DNA from: Pseudorhodoplanes sp.
Lineage (GTDB): Bacteria > Pseudomonadota > Alphaproteobacteria > Rhizobiales > Xanthobacteraceae
Direction of reading: 5' to 3'
Length of the DNA stretch: 64,000 nt
Assembly (NCBI RefSeq): GCF_035565795.1
Contig: NZ_DATMRV010000200.1
Coordinates: forward strand, 496 to 64,495
In this document: positions 47,927 to 57,081 of the stretch, in pieces
Layout of the letters: each line of letters starts with the position of its first letter
How positions within the stretch are numbered: position 1 is the first letter of the stretch
Position numbers and translations under genes: made by a program
Notes under the pieces: generated by a model
Database searches by the model: none
What the model saw: only the letters and a program-made list of their open reading frames with translations
Told to the model about the DNA's origin: nothing

Positions 47927-49125
47927 TCTCGCAACAGCTTACCCAGTGCATCGACAACACGCCGTACGTCGCCCTCATTCATGTCGACCGATAGTGGCAA
48001 ACTGAGGCAGCGTCGATAATACTCCGCCGCGCCGGGGAAGCAGTTCCTGTCGTTGGCGGCCCTCCAGTATGGCTGCCAAGGCACCGGAATGTAATGCACC
48101 TGGGTCCCGATACCGCTTGCGCGCAATTTATTCATCAGGGCCGCTCGCGACAGGCTGATGCGATCGAAATCGATCATCACGACATAAAGATGCCATCCTG
48201 ACAGCACGCCGAGTCTCCGGCCCAGTGGCTTCAAAAGGGACGAATACGGTGCGAGCAGTTCGTCGTAGAGCCCAGCCAACAATTGCCTTTTCTGGACAAA
48301 ACGTCCCAGCTTGCGCAACTGGCTGGCGCCGAGCGCGGCATTGATATCGCTGAGGCGATAGTTTGGCGCCGGCTCCGTCATTTCATAATACCAGGGATTT
48401 GGCCCGCCCATACTGTCCTTGCCCAGATCGTCGTTCAGCCACTTGGCCGGATCGCGCTCCAAACCGTGATTGCGCACGTCCTTCAAGCGCTGAGCGAGAT
48501 CAGCACTCCGCGTTGTCACCGCACCGCCTTCGCCGCAGGTCACGGTCTTCACCGGGTGAAACGAAAATACGCTCATATCCGAATGCGCACACGAGCCGAC
48601 GACCTCGGCCCGTCCAGATCGCGTGCTGTAACGCCCACCAAGCGCATGGCAGGCATCTTCGACAAGGGTTATGCCGCGAGCGCTCGCGATCTCATGCAGC
48701 ACCTCCATGTCGCAGACTTGGCCGCCCAGATGGACCGGGTATGCGGCGCGGATCGCCTTGCCCTGTGCGGCTGCGATTGCGGCTTCGAACGTCTCCGGCG
48801 TCATGAGCCCGGTAGCTGGATCAACATCGGCAAACACGATGTCAGCCCCGGTCAGGCGCGGAGCCGAAGCAGTTGCGAGAAACGTGATGGCCGGCACGAT
48901 GGCCACGTCCCCTTTCCGCAGACCAAGCGCCATCGCGGTCATGTGCAATGCAGCCGTCCCGCTGTTGCAAGAAACCGCAAAATCGGCGGAGGTTGCAGTG
49001 CAGATCTCGGACTCAAACCGCTCTACCGCTGGACCCGTGGTCAGCCAGTCACCTTTTAGCACATCGACAACGGCGTCGATATCGTCCTGCTCGATACGAT
49101 GCCGTCCGTAAGCAAGGAAAGTCAT
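47923..49125 (-). CDS. pseC: UDP-4-amino-4,6-dideoxy-N-acetyl-beta-L-altrosamine transaminase
   Basis: YGRHRI..DDI, LTTGP, EDACHALG, FSFHPVKTVTCGEGG, WYYEM...NYRLSD, TQVHYIP. Confidence 0.93.
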   Translation of the reverse strand: MTFLAYGRHRIEQDDIDAVVDVLKGDWLTTGPAVERFESEICTATSADFAVSCNSGTAALHMTAMALGLRKGDVAIVPAITFLATASAPRLTGADIVFADVDPATGLMTPETFEAAIAAAQGKAIRAAYPVHLGGQVCDMEVLHEIASARGITLVEDACHALGGRYSTRSGRAEVVGSCAHSDMSVFSFHPVKTVTCGEGGAVTTRSADLAQRLKDVRNHGLERDPAKWLNDDLGKDSMGGPNPWYYEMTEPAPNYRLSDINAALGASQLRKLGRFVQKRQLLAGLYDELLAPYSSLLKPLGRRLGVLSGWHLYVVMIDFDRISLSRAALMNKLRASGIGTQVHYIPVPWQPYWRAANDRNCFPGAAEYYRRCLSLPLSVDMNEGDVRRVVDALGKLLRE

Positions 49126-49134
49126 CGGACACTT

Positions 49135-50163
49135 CTAGTTTTGCGAGACATGCGCGGACAGCAACGCATTCATGGCTTCAGGGCTTAGCCACTCGGAATT
49201 CGAGTCGCTCGAATATTCGAACGCCTCCGCCACGCTCCCATGCCGCGACCAGTACTCCATCGACTCGTCGATATTGATCATCGGCAGAATGGCGAAACGA
49301 TCGTCAAGCTCAACGGTCAGGCGCGCATCATCTGCCGTGATCATGACCTCGTGGAGCTTCTCACCCGGCCGGATCCCGACGATCTCATGCGGCAAGTCGG
49401 GTGCAAGACAGCGCGCCAGATCGACAACCTTCATGCTCGGTATTTTTGGTACGAAAATCTCTCCGGCCCGCATCATGCTCAGGCAGGATAGCACGAACTC
49501 AACCCCCTGACCGAGCCCGATCCAGAACCGAGTCATGTCGGGATGAGTGATCGGCAGCTTGGTCGCCCCGCCTGCGATCAGCCGCTGGAAAAACGGCACC
49601 ACGCTGCCACGCGAGCCGAAGACATTTCCGTAACGCACCACAGCAAAGCGCGTACCGTCTTTTCCCGCCAAGTGATTGGCCGCGACGAAAATCTTATCGG
49701 ATGCGAGCTTGCTGCTACCGTACAGATTGATCGGATTGGCGGCCTTGTCGGTGGAGAGCGCAATTACGCGCTTCACGTTCTGGCGCAGCGCCGCGCGAAC
49801 CACATTCTCGGCGCCATACACGTTCGTATGGATGCACTCGAACGGATTGTATTCCGCGATGCTGACATGTTTCAAAGCCGCAGCATGAATGACGTAATCG
49901 ATTCCACTCATCGCCAACTCGAGACGATCGCGGTCGCGCACATCTCCGATGAAATAGCGCAGCTCCGGGTGCTTTGAAGTCGGCAACGAATTCGCCATGT
50001 CGAACTGCTTCTGCTCGTCGCGCGAAAACACTACAAGTCGCCGCAACTTGTGATTGCCCAGCAGGTACCTGACGAATGCCTGGCCGAAGCTGCCGGTCCC
50101 GCCGGTGACCAGTACAGACTTGCCGTTCAGATCCACATCGGCGGTCAGAAAATTTCGCAACAT
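49135..50163 (-). CDS. pseB: UDP-N-acetylglucosamine 4,6-dehydratase (inverting)
   Basis: TGGTGSFG, SRDEQKQ, HAAALK, EYNPFECI.TN, STDKAANPINLYG, VRYGNV.GSRGSVVPFF, MTRFWI, GIRPGEKLHE. Confidence 0.95.
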   Translation of the reverse strand: MLRNFLTADVDLNGKSVLVTGGTGSFGQAFVRYLLGNHKLRRLVVFSRDEQKQFDMANSLPTSKHPELRYFIGDVRDRDRLELAMSGIDYVIHAAALKHVSIAEYNPFECIHTNVYGAENVVRAALRQNVKRVIALSTDKAANPINLYGSSKLASDKIFVAANHLAGKDGTRFAVVRYGNVFGSRGSVVPFFQRLIAGGATKLPITHPDMTRFWIGLGQGVEFVLSCLSMMRAGEIFVPKIPSMKVVDLARCLAPDLPHEIVGIRPGEKLHEVMITADDARLTVELDDRFAILPMINIDESMEYWSRHGSVAEAFEYSSDSNSEWLSPEAMNALLSAHVSQN

Positions 50164-50170
50164 GCTTCGG

Positions 50171-52006
50171 TCATCCAAAGTAAACGTTATCGGCTCTAAG
50201 CTCGCCTCTCGCCATAGCGGAGACATAGTTCTTGTGTGCCGCCTCATACCATGACGAGCGCTTTAGCAGTTCTTTGTGCGGGCCGACCGCATCCACCAGA
50301 CCATCCTTAAGCACCACGATCTGCGAAGCATGAACGACGGTCGTAAGGCGATGCGCTACGACGATAATCGTGACATCGAGATTGCGCCGGATGCTGTTAA
50401 GGGTCTCTACAAAGCTCATCTCCGACTCGGCATCGAGGCTGCTCGTCGGCTCGTCCAGCACCAGCAGCGCTCCGCGTCGCACAATCGCACGAGCGAGGTC
50501 AAGCCTTTGGCGCTGCCCTCCGGACAGGCGCACCGCGTATTCGCCGAGAGGGCTGTCGAAACCATTCGGCAACGATGTGATGAAATCGTAAGCCCCAGCT
50601 AGCCGCGCCGCCTCAACCACTTCATCCAGAGTAGCATCTTGCTTGCCCAACCGGATATGATCCATCGGGCTGCCATCGAAAATCTGCGGGCTCTGCGGCA
50701 CGTAGGCAATCTGTCCGCGCAAGGATCCCAGCCGGTAATCCTCGAGTGGCACGTCGTCGATCAGGATCCGTCCGAAGGTACACTGCCTCAGGCGCGGCAG
50801 AAGATCGATCAATGTCGATTTCCCCGCACCGGACGGCCCGACGATCGCCGTAAAGGTTCCTGCGGGGAGAAACAGGTTAACATTGCTGAGGGCAAACCGA
50901 TCCGTCTGTGGATACTTGTAGCTCACGCTCTGAAACGAAACGCCGCGCTCGATCCGGCTTAGCGGCTTCGTACCAGTGTCGATTTCCCGATCGGTTCGCA
51001 ACGCCGAAAGGCGTCGCGAAAGATTTTCAGCGCTTCCGGATGACGAGAGTACGAGCTGATACCCTTTCATCACGTCCCGAGCGACTGGCAGGAGCCGCAG
51101 CACCACCAACAGAAACAAGGCCAGTTGCTCGCTGCTGACAGAGAATACCTCGACAGCAAGGAAAAGCAGAAGAAACACCATCCCGAGAACGATAGGCTCG
51201 ACCGCGACCGAGATGAGGGCAATCAACCGCTCGACATGCATCATCGTGTCGCGCTGGCGAGTGGCATAAGTTCTCATCGCGGCACGTTCGGCCGCTTCGG
51301 TTCCGGACAGGCGAACGAGCCGCACCGACATCAGCCGCTCGATCAAAAATCGACTCATGTCCGTATTGGCTACGGTCGCAGCGCGACCCGCCTCCCCGGT
51401 CTGCCGCCACAACAATCGAACCGGCATCAGGCCGATTGTCATCACGATTGCGCCCACCAATGTCATCTGCCACGAGGTCCAAAGCATCAACGCGCCGTAA
51501 ATCACTGCTAGGACAACGGCATTCGAGATGCTGACGAGGCCGGATAATGTCTGACTGAAGCGCTGCAGTTCCAGAGTTAACCCGTTTACAATCTCGCCTT
51601 TGGCCTCCATTTCCTGTCGGGATACCGAAGCCGCGAGATAGCTGTCGAACATCCGCAACCGCACGCTGCGGATAAAATCCTCGCGAAGCGAGGCGACACT
51701 CATGGTCCGGACATAGCTCAGTGCTTGCCGGAGCAAGAGCAGAATAAAGATGCAAGAAAGAAGAAGCGCCAGCGAGACCCTAACACCCAGGATATCGGCG
51801 AATTGATGGATCAGCTGCCAGTAACTCTTGTCCGCCAGCGCCGCGAGATTCTTGTGCTGCGAGACGTAGTCGTAGACCGGGACTACCATCAGGACGCCGG
51901 CACTTTCTACCAGCGTGACGAGGATCGACAACACGACGACGAGCGCGAGCCGTCGCAACGACAGCCCCATCGATCGCGCTATTCGCAGAAACTCGATAAT
52001 CGACAT
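50171..52006 (-). CDS. ABC exporter, fused TMD-NBD (Wzk/PglK-like glycan flippase)
   Basis: Six TM helices, GPSGAGKST, LSGGQRQR, LVLDEPTSSLD, AHRL. Confidence 0.9.
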   Translation of the reverse strand: MSIIEFLRIARSMGLSLRRLALVVVLSILVTLVESAGVLMVVPVYDYVSQHKNLAALADKSYWQLIHQFADILGVRVSLALLLSCIFILLLLRQALSYVRTMSVASLREDFIRSVRLRMFDSYLAASVSRQEMEAKGEIVNGLTLELQRFSQTLSGLVSISNAVVLAVIYGALMLWTSWQMTLVGAIVMTIGLMPVRLLWRQTGEAGRAATVANTDMSRFLIERLMSVRLVRLSGTEAAERAAMRTYATRQRDTMMHVERLIALISVAVEPIVLGMVFLLLFLAVEVFSVSSEQLALFLLVVLRLLPVARDVMKGYQLVLSSSGSAENLSRRLSALRTDREIDTGTKPLSRIERGVSFQSVSYKYPQTDRFALSNVNLFLPAGTFTAIVGPSGAGKSTLIDLLPRLRQCTFGRILIDDVPLEDYRLGSLRGQIAYVPQSPQIFDGSPMDHIRLGKQDATLDEVVEAARLAGAYDFITSLPNGFDSPLGEYAVRLSGGQRQRLDLARAIVRRGALLVLDEPTSSLDAESEMSFVETLNSIRRNLDVTIIVVAHRLTTVVHASQIVVLKDGLVDAVGPHKELLKRSSWYEAAHKNYVSAMARGELRADNVYFG

Positions 52007-52057
52007 TGCTTCGATACTAGGCCGGCTGATTTCGGAGACCGATCTGGACGCAAGGCA

Positions 52058-52975
52058 CTACTTAACGACGGCGTTGCGAGCGCCATCCTTGTCAGCGCCG
52101 TGCCTGCCCGCGATCAGATATTGAAACATCGGGTCCAGCCGCTCGGAAAGCGTACCGGTAATGTCACGATATGTCTGCGGCGACATCATATCGGAATAGT
52201 CCACTGCACCACGAAAGTGGAAGTGCGACTTCTCATCTGCCGAAAACTGGAACTCCCGCGCCTTCTGCTTGTCGAGGGAAAAATGATCGACGGCCTCCTG
52301 AAGGACCGGCCTCGGCAAATCTACGTCAAACAGGTAGCTCACCATTTCGCCAAATCCGCCCACCGGATCCTTGTGCAAATCCTCGTAGTTGAAAACGCGC
52401 AGCCTCACGTGCGGACGGCGCGCGAAATTCGCCCAGGAGTTATAGAACTTCAGACATCGTTCCAATGCGCCTCCATGGACGAATTCCTCGAAACTCCGAT
52501 CAGATCGACGGCTGCGATAATAGCTGAACAACATCGTCGGAATATTCCGCGCGACAATCACCGTTTTCGCCGCATCCAGCCCCCAAAGGGGGGATTCCTT
52601 CCACGAACCGTGCGTATGAAAGCAAAGATCGACATCGAGAGTTGGAAATCTGCGCGATAGCCTTTCCTGGCGGCGAGATCGCGCGTCAGCCGGATAGAAA
52701 ATGGTCGCCTTACGCACGCTGTGCAGCAACGTTCCCCCGCTCTCATACTGGATAGAGTATTCGCCGAGAAACTGCTTGTGCAGGGCATAGTTGATGACGT
52801 CAGCGCTCCAGTTCCAGCCCGATTTGGGAAATGTGGCGAAAAGGACGGACTTGCTTTTGTCGCGGAAAACCAGCCGCAGAAATTGCAGATTTCGCGTCCG
52901 CATGTCGGCCTTGTTTGACCTCATGGCCAAATGTCGGGCGAGTGAGATCGGACGCATGTCGAAAATCATTTTCAT
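52058..52975 (-). CDS. PAPS-dependent sulfotransferase family protein
   Basis: 5'-PSB loop ATFPKSGWNW, RN.....SYY 3'-PB motif, YEDL..DP, FRG. Start uncertain. Confidence 0.82.
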   Translation of the reverse strand: MKMIFDMRPISLARHLAMRSNKADMRTRNLQFLRLVFRDKSKSVLFATFPKSGWNWSADVINYALHKQFLGEYSIQYESGGTLLHSVRKATIFYPADARSRRQERLSRRFPTLDVDLCFHTHGSWKESPLWGLDAAKTVIVARNIPTMLFSYYRSRRSDRSFEEFVHGGALERCLKFYNSWANFARRPHVRLRVFNYEDLHKDPVGGFGEMVSYLFDVDLPRPVLQEAVDHFSLDKQKAREFQFSADEKSHFHFRGAVDYSDMMSPQTYRDITGTLSERLDPMFQYLIAGRHGADKDGARNAVVK

Positions 52976-52998
52976 CTGCACCGATTGAAGTTCTTGCT

Positions 52999-53035
52999 CA
53001 TTGCTACCGCACGACGGGTGAATCATCACCCGCCG
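52999..53035 (-). promoter_or_regulatory. ops-like element preceded by a hairpin
   Basis: Minus strand CGGCGGGTGA-TGAT-TCACCCGTCG hairpin (53035-53012), then TGCGGTAGCAATG; the core GCGGTAGC (53010-53003) matches the RfaH ops core. Confidence 0.6.
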
Positions 53036-53062
53036 GCACGTACAGGAAGCGACGACAGATTG

Positions 53063-53575
53063 TTAAGCCGCCGCTATCGAAGCCGAGTCGAGCATCACGC
53101 GCGTTTCGCGGCCCAGGAATTCGAGAAGCACCGCCACCCGCTCGTCGTCGGACATCCCGTCGAACAATCCCGCACGGCCAGCAAACACACCGTCGAGCAC
53201 CTGCACCGGCGCTCCCATCGGCAACGGAACCCGATCGATGATCCGAACAAGCCCCTTCACCTCGGAACGTCTCAGATCCGCGATAAAGCGATCGGGCAGC
53301 GGAACAGGCACGCCATCCCGGCAAAGCAGCTCAACCACCCCAATCGTTGACCGGATCGAACGCCATTGCTGGCGCAATGGATCGAATTTCACGAATGCAT
53401 AGCAAGGAAACAGAGGCGCGCAAATCAGCTCGACTTTTCGAGCGTGACTCCGCCGCTTCTGATAACGGGGCAAGTAGACCTCAAAGCCTTGGCGCGACAG
53501 GTGCCTCTGCGCGTCGAATTCGCGGCGAGAATGGGTCCGCACGACATGCCATTGTGAAGCGAAGACATCGTTCAC
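53063..53575 (-). CDS. NusG paralog antiterminator (RfaH/UpxY-like)
   Basis: WHVVRT...E..A..HL.RQGFEVYLP, PLFPCYAFV, IRSTIGV, KOW motif G..V.VLDG.FAG. Confidence 0.9.
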   Translation of the reverse strand: MNDVFASQWHVVRTHSRREFDAQRHLSRQGFEVYLPRYQKRRSHARKVELICAPLFPCYAFVKFDPLRQQWRSIRSTIGVVELLCRDGVPVPLPDRFIADLRRSEVKGLVRIIDRVPLPMGAPVQVLDGVFAGRAGLFDGMSDDERVAVLLEFLGRETRVMLDSASIAAA

Positions 53576-54204
53576 GCTGCAGCTCCGCGTGAAACCATCT
53601 TCGACAGCAACAATTCGGGCGCATAAACGCGATCACTACCGAACTTTTTCACGGCTGTCCGATAAATCTCTCGCGTCTTGCTCAGATCGGTTACAACCAC
53701 TGCCTCCACATCGGATAATTCGTCCAGCGAACGAACCACGGGAATGCCGCCGAATTCGGTCGCTTCGAGCAAAGGATCGACAACGAGCACAATGGCGACA
53801 TCGTGCTCAGGCGCACAAAGTCGGGCAATTTCGGCAAGATCGGTAGCCCCAATCAACGCCACTCGACGCCAGCCCCGCGTTCGGATTTCCGCAAGGACCG
53901 ATGCGCAATCCGCACGGGCGCGCCTGAAGAAGGCGAGCGAATGCGAGAGGTAACTGACGGTCAGGCGGGATTTTTCAGCAAAGCCACGCGGCGTGAGGTA
54001 GTATTTATAACGCTTTGCGGGTGCCTGCTTAAACTTGATCAGTCCCTTGTTGACGCACTTTTTCAGATATGCGTTGACGAGGCCGAGCGCGACGCCCATT
54101 TCGGTCGCGAGATGGCGTTGCGACTGAAGGCCATTGGCTTCGACGCTTTCGAGCAAGCGCAGAACCACGCGATCGGCATTTTCGTGACGCTGAGCGGTTT
54201 TCAT
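53572..54204 (-). CDS. EPS-associated MarR-like winged-helix regulator with C-terminal Rossmann-like domain
   Basis: SQRHLATEMGVALGLVNAYLKKCV.KG, YYLTPRGFAEKSRLT, VALIGA.DLAEI. Confidence 0.9.
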   Translation of the reverse strand: MKTAQRHENADRVVLRLLESVEANGLQSQRHLATEMGVALGLVNAYLKKCVNKGLIKFKQAPAKRYKYYLTPRGFAEKSRLTVSYLSHSLAFFRRARADCASVLAEIRTRGWRRVALIGATDLAEIARLCAPEHDVAIVLVVDPLLEATEFGGIPVVRSLDELSDVEAVVVTDLSKTREIYRTAVKKFGSDRVYAPELLLSKMVSRGAAA

Positions 54205-54222
54205 GCCTTTCCTCTTGCCATG

Positions 54223-54275
54223 ACTTAGAGCGTTCAGTAATTGAACGTCAAGCCCCTTACGTTCACAATTTGAAC
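54223..54275. promoter_or_regulatory. Minus-strand sigma70 promoter overlapped by two GTTCA-N5-TGAAC operators
   Basis: Palindromes CGTTCA-GTAAT-TGAACG (54231-54247) and GTTCA-CAATT-TGAAC (54261-54275); CTTGAC (54252-54247) and CTAAGT (54228-54223) on the minus strand. Confidence 0.75.
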
Positions 54276-54300
54276 ACTTTCACCTAGGACGTGATCCGTC

Positions 54301-56223
54301 ATGTGCGGCATCGTCGGACTTTTCACACTCGACGAAGGCCCCCGCTCCAGCCTGGTGGCTGTGACCACCATGATGGCCGACACCATGCCACATCGCGGAC
54401 CTGACGGTCATGGGGCCTGGGGCGATCCGGAGGCCGGCATCGGTCTCGGCCATCGCCGGCTCGCCATCGTTGATTTATCCGATACCGGCAAACAGCCGAT
54501 GCATTCGGCGGATGGCCGCTACGTCATCACCTACAATGGTGAAGTCTATAACTTCCAGGATTTGCGTAGCGAACTATCTGCGCGAGGCCACGTGTTTCGG
54601 GGCACATCCGACACCGAAGTGATGCTCGCCGCCTTCGCGCAATGGGGCGTGAATGAAGCAGTGAAGCGCTTCGTCGGGATGTTCGCTTTCGCACTGTTCG
54701 ACCGGCGGGAACGCAAACTTCATCTCGTTCGCGATCGTCTCGGCGTAAAGCCGCTTTACTGGACCGATTGCGACGGCACGATCCTGTTCGGTTCGGAATT
54801 GCGCGCGCTTCGTGCGCATCCGGAATTTCGGGGCGAAATTGATCGCGACGCGATGGCGGCGATTGTTGCCTACAGCTATATCCCTGCGCCGGCGACCGCT
54901 TACAAAAGCGTGTTCAAGTTGCCCGCCGGATCCATTCTCACTTTTGAGAAAGGCCACGCGCCGGAGCTCACCCACTATTGGCGCATCGAAGATGTCGCGT
55001 CATCGAGCGGCCAAAGAATGCTCAGCGCAGATGACGCTGCCGACGCATTGGATGCATTGCTGCATGATGCAATCCGTCGGCGCATGATCGCGGATGTCCC
55101 GGTCGGCGCATTTCTGTCCGGCGGGATCGATTCGTCGACGGTCGTTGCCATCATGCAGGCGGAGACGAGCCGTCCGGTGCGGTCGTTTACTGTCGGGTTC
55201 AGCGATGCCACTCACGACGAGTCGGCCATCGCGCGACAGGTCGCACAACATCTTGGCACCGATCACACCGAAATTCGCCTCGAGGACAAGGACGCGCTCG
55301 AGTTGGTGCCGTCCATTCCGGACTGGTTCGACGAACCGTTCGGCGATTCGTCGCAACTCCCGACCTATCTGGTATCGAGGGCCACTCGCCAGCATGTCAC
55401 CGTGGCCCTGTCCGGCGATGGCGGCGACGAACTATTTGCGGGCTATCCGAAATATCGCTGGCTGGAGCGGCTCTGGCGCAGCGCTGGCGCCCTGCCACGG
55501 CCGTTGCGCGCCACCGCAGGTCAGTTGCTGGGCGCATTACCGGAGCGCATGTTGCAGCCGGCCGCACGCACCATCCTGGATGCCGCTCGCGCCGACCGCG
55601 TGGGGGAAAAGGCGCGCCGGCTCGCTCTTGCCCTGCGTGCGCAACACATCGATGGCGCAGCACTAGCGCTGGCGCGCGTCGGCTTCGATCAGAACCTGGT
55701 CAACGGAACGACGCGTGGCTACCGGTTGCATTCGCTTCCAGGCCTTCCGGAAGGCCTAGATTACATCTCGCGTATGCAGGCCATCGATATTGCCACCTAT
55801 CTGCCGGACGACATCCTGACGAAGGTTGATCGCTGCTCGATGGCGGTGTCACTCGAGTCGCGGGAGCCTTTGCTCGATCATCGGTTGATCGAATTTGTCT
55901 GGTCGCTGCCGCCGGCAATCCGACAAGGCAACCGGCCGAAGGGCCTCCTCCGCGCCGTACTCTCTCGCTATGTGCCATCCGAGTGGATGGATCGGCCCAA
56001 GCGCGGTTTTTCCATCCCTCTGGCGAACTGGTTGCGTGGCCCGTTGCGCGATTGGGCATCGACACTACTCGCCCCCGCACGAGTGCGGCAGGAGGCGTTG
56101 TTTGATCCGGCGGCAATCGACCGGCTCTGGCAGCGGCATCTCTCCGGCGCGGAGAACCATGCTACAGGTCTCTGGAACGTGTTGATGGTCAGGGCGTGGA
56201 TGGAACGGTGGCATAAGACATGA
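54301..56223 (+). CDS. asnB: Asparagine synthase (glutamine-hydrolysing) family amidotransferase, polysaccharide-associated
   Basis: MCGI, HRGPD, HRRLAIVD, NGEVYN, SDTEV, RDRLGVKPLY, FLSGGIDSS, LSGDGGDE, KVDRCSM. Confidence 0.93.
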   Translation: MCGIVGLFTLDEGPRSSLVAVTTMMADTMPHRGPDGHGAWGDPEAGIGLGHRRLAIVDLSDTGKQPMHSADGRYVITYNGEVYNFQDLRSELSARGHVFRGTSDTEVMLAAFAQWGVNEAVKRFVGMFAFALFDRRERKLHLVRDRLGVKPLYWTDCDGTILFGSELRALRAHPEFRGEIDRDAMAAIVAYSYIPAPATAYKSVFKLPAGSILTFEKGHAPELTHYWRIEDVASSSGQRMLSADDAADALDALLHDAIRRRMIADVPVGAFLSGGIDSSTVVAIMQAETSRPVRSFTVGFSDATHDESAIARQVAQHLGTDHTEIRLEDKDALELVPSIPDWFDEPFGDSSQLPTYLVSRATRQHVTVALSGDGGDELFAGYPKYRWLERLWRSAGALPRPLRATAGQLLGALPERMLQPAARTILDAARADRVGEKARRLALALRAQHIDGAALALARVGFDQNLVNGTTRGYRLHSLPGLPEGLDYISRMQAIDIATYLPDDILTKVDRCSMAVSLESREPLLDHRLIEFVWSLPPAIRQGNRPKGLLRAVLSRYVPSEWMDRPKRGFSIPLANWLRGPLRDWASTLLAPARVRQEALFDPAAIDRLWQRHLSGAENHATGLWNVLMVRAWMERWHKT

Positions 56224-57074
56224 ACCGGACAGCGAATCCCATCAACGTCGATGAAAAGGTCGCTCGCGGTTTCGGCGACGAATGGTCGACCTTCCGCCAG
56301 GGCGAGGATGACCTCACGCCGGAACAGCGGCAGTCTATTTTTGAAAACTACTTCGCGGTGTTTCCGTGGGGATCCCTCCCGAAAGACGGCGGCGTCGGCA
56401 TCGACGTCGGCTGCGGCAGCGGTCGCTGGTCGATGGGCGTAGCGCCCCGCGTCAGCCATCTGCATGCGCTCGATGCAAGCGCCGATGCCCTCGCGGTGGC
56501 ACGCCAGAATCTCGCGCCCTTTCGCAATGTGACCTTCCATCACGCGAGCGTCGGCAATATCCCCTTGCCCGATCGGTCCCTCGACTTCGCGTTCTCGCTG
56601 GGTGTGCTCCACCACGTTCCCGATACCCAGGCCGCGATCAACGCGATCGCAGCCAAGCTCAAGCCGGGCGCACCGTTCCTGATCTATCTCTACTATGCCT
56701 TCGACAATCGTCCCGCCTGGTTCCGTGGCGTCTGGGCAATCAGCGACGTCGTCCGCAAGGTCGTCTCGCGCATGCCGCATGCGGCGCGCTTCGCCATCAG
56801 CCAGGCTATCGCGGCGTTCGTCTATTGGCCGCTGACGCGCCTGGCGCTGATCGCTGAGCGGCTCGGAAAAAACCCGAATGCAATCCCGCTGTCGTGGTAT
56901 CGCGACAAGTCCTTCTACGTGATGCGGACCGATGCATACGACCGCTTCTGCACGCGGCTCGAACAGCGTTTCACGCGAGTCCAAATCTCCAACATGCTGA
57001 CCAAAGCCGGATTTCACGACATCGCGTTTTCAGAACGCGAGCCCTTCTGGTGCGCGGTTGGATTAAAGAAATAG
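56220..57074 (+). CDS. Class I SAM-dependent methyltransferase
   Basis: DVGCGSGRW, SLGVLHHVPD, LKPGAP, DRFCTRLEQRF; ATGA-coupled to asnB. Confidence 0.9.
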   Translation: MNRTANPINVDEKVARGFGDEWSTFRQGEDDLTPEQRQSIFENYFAVFPWGSLPKDGGVGIDVGCGSGRWSMGVAPRVSHLHALDASADALAVARQNLAPFRNVTFHHASVGNIPLPDRSLDFAFSLGVLHHVPDTQAAINAIAAKLKPGAPFLIYLYYAFDNRPAWFRGVWAISDVVRKVVSRMPHAARFAISQAIAAFVYWPLTRLALIAERLGKNPNAIPLSWYRDKSFYVMRTDAYDRFCTRLEQRFTRVQISNMLTKAGFHDIAFSEREPFWCAVGLKK

Positions 57075-57081
57075 CGCGCGT

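Noticed and set aside
54231-54275. LexA or FNR/FixK box
   Set aside because: The alphaproteobacterial LexA box is a direct repeat GTTC-N7-GTTC and FNR is TTGAT-N4-ATCAA; this site is an inverted GTTCA-N5-TGAAC.
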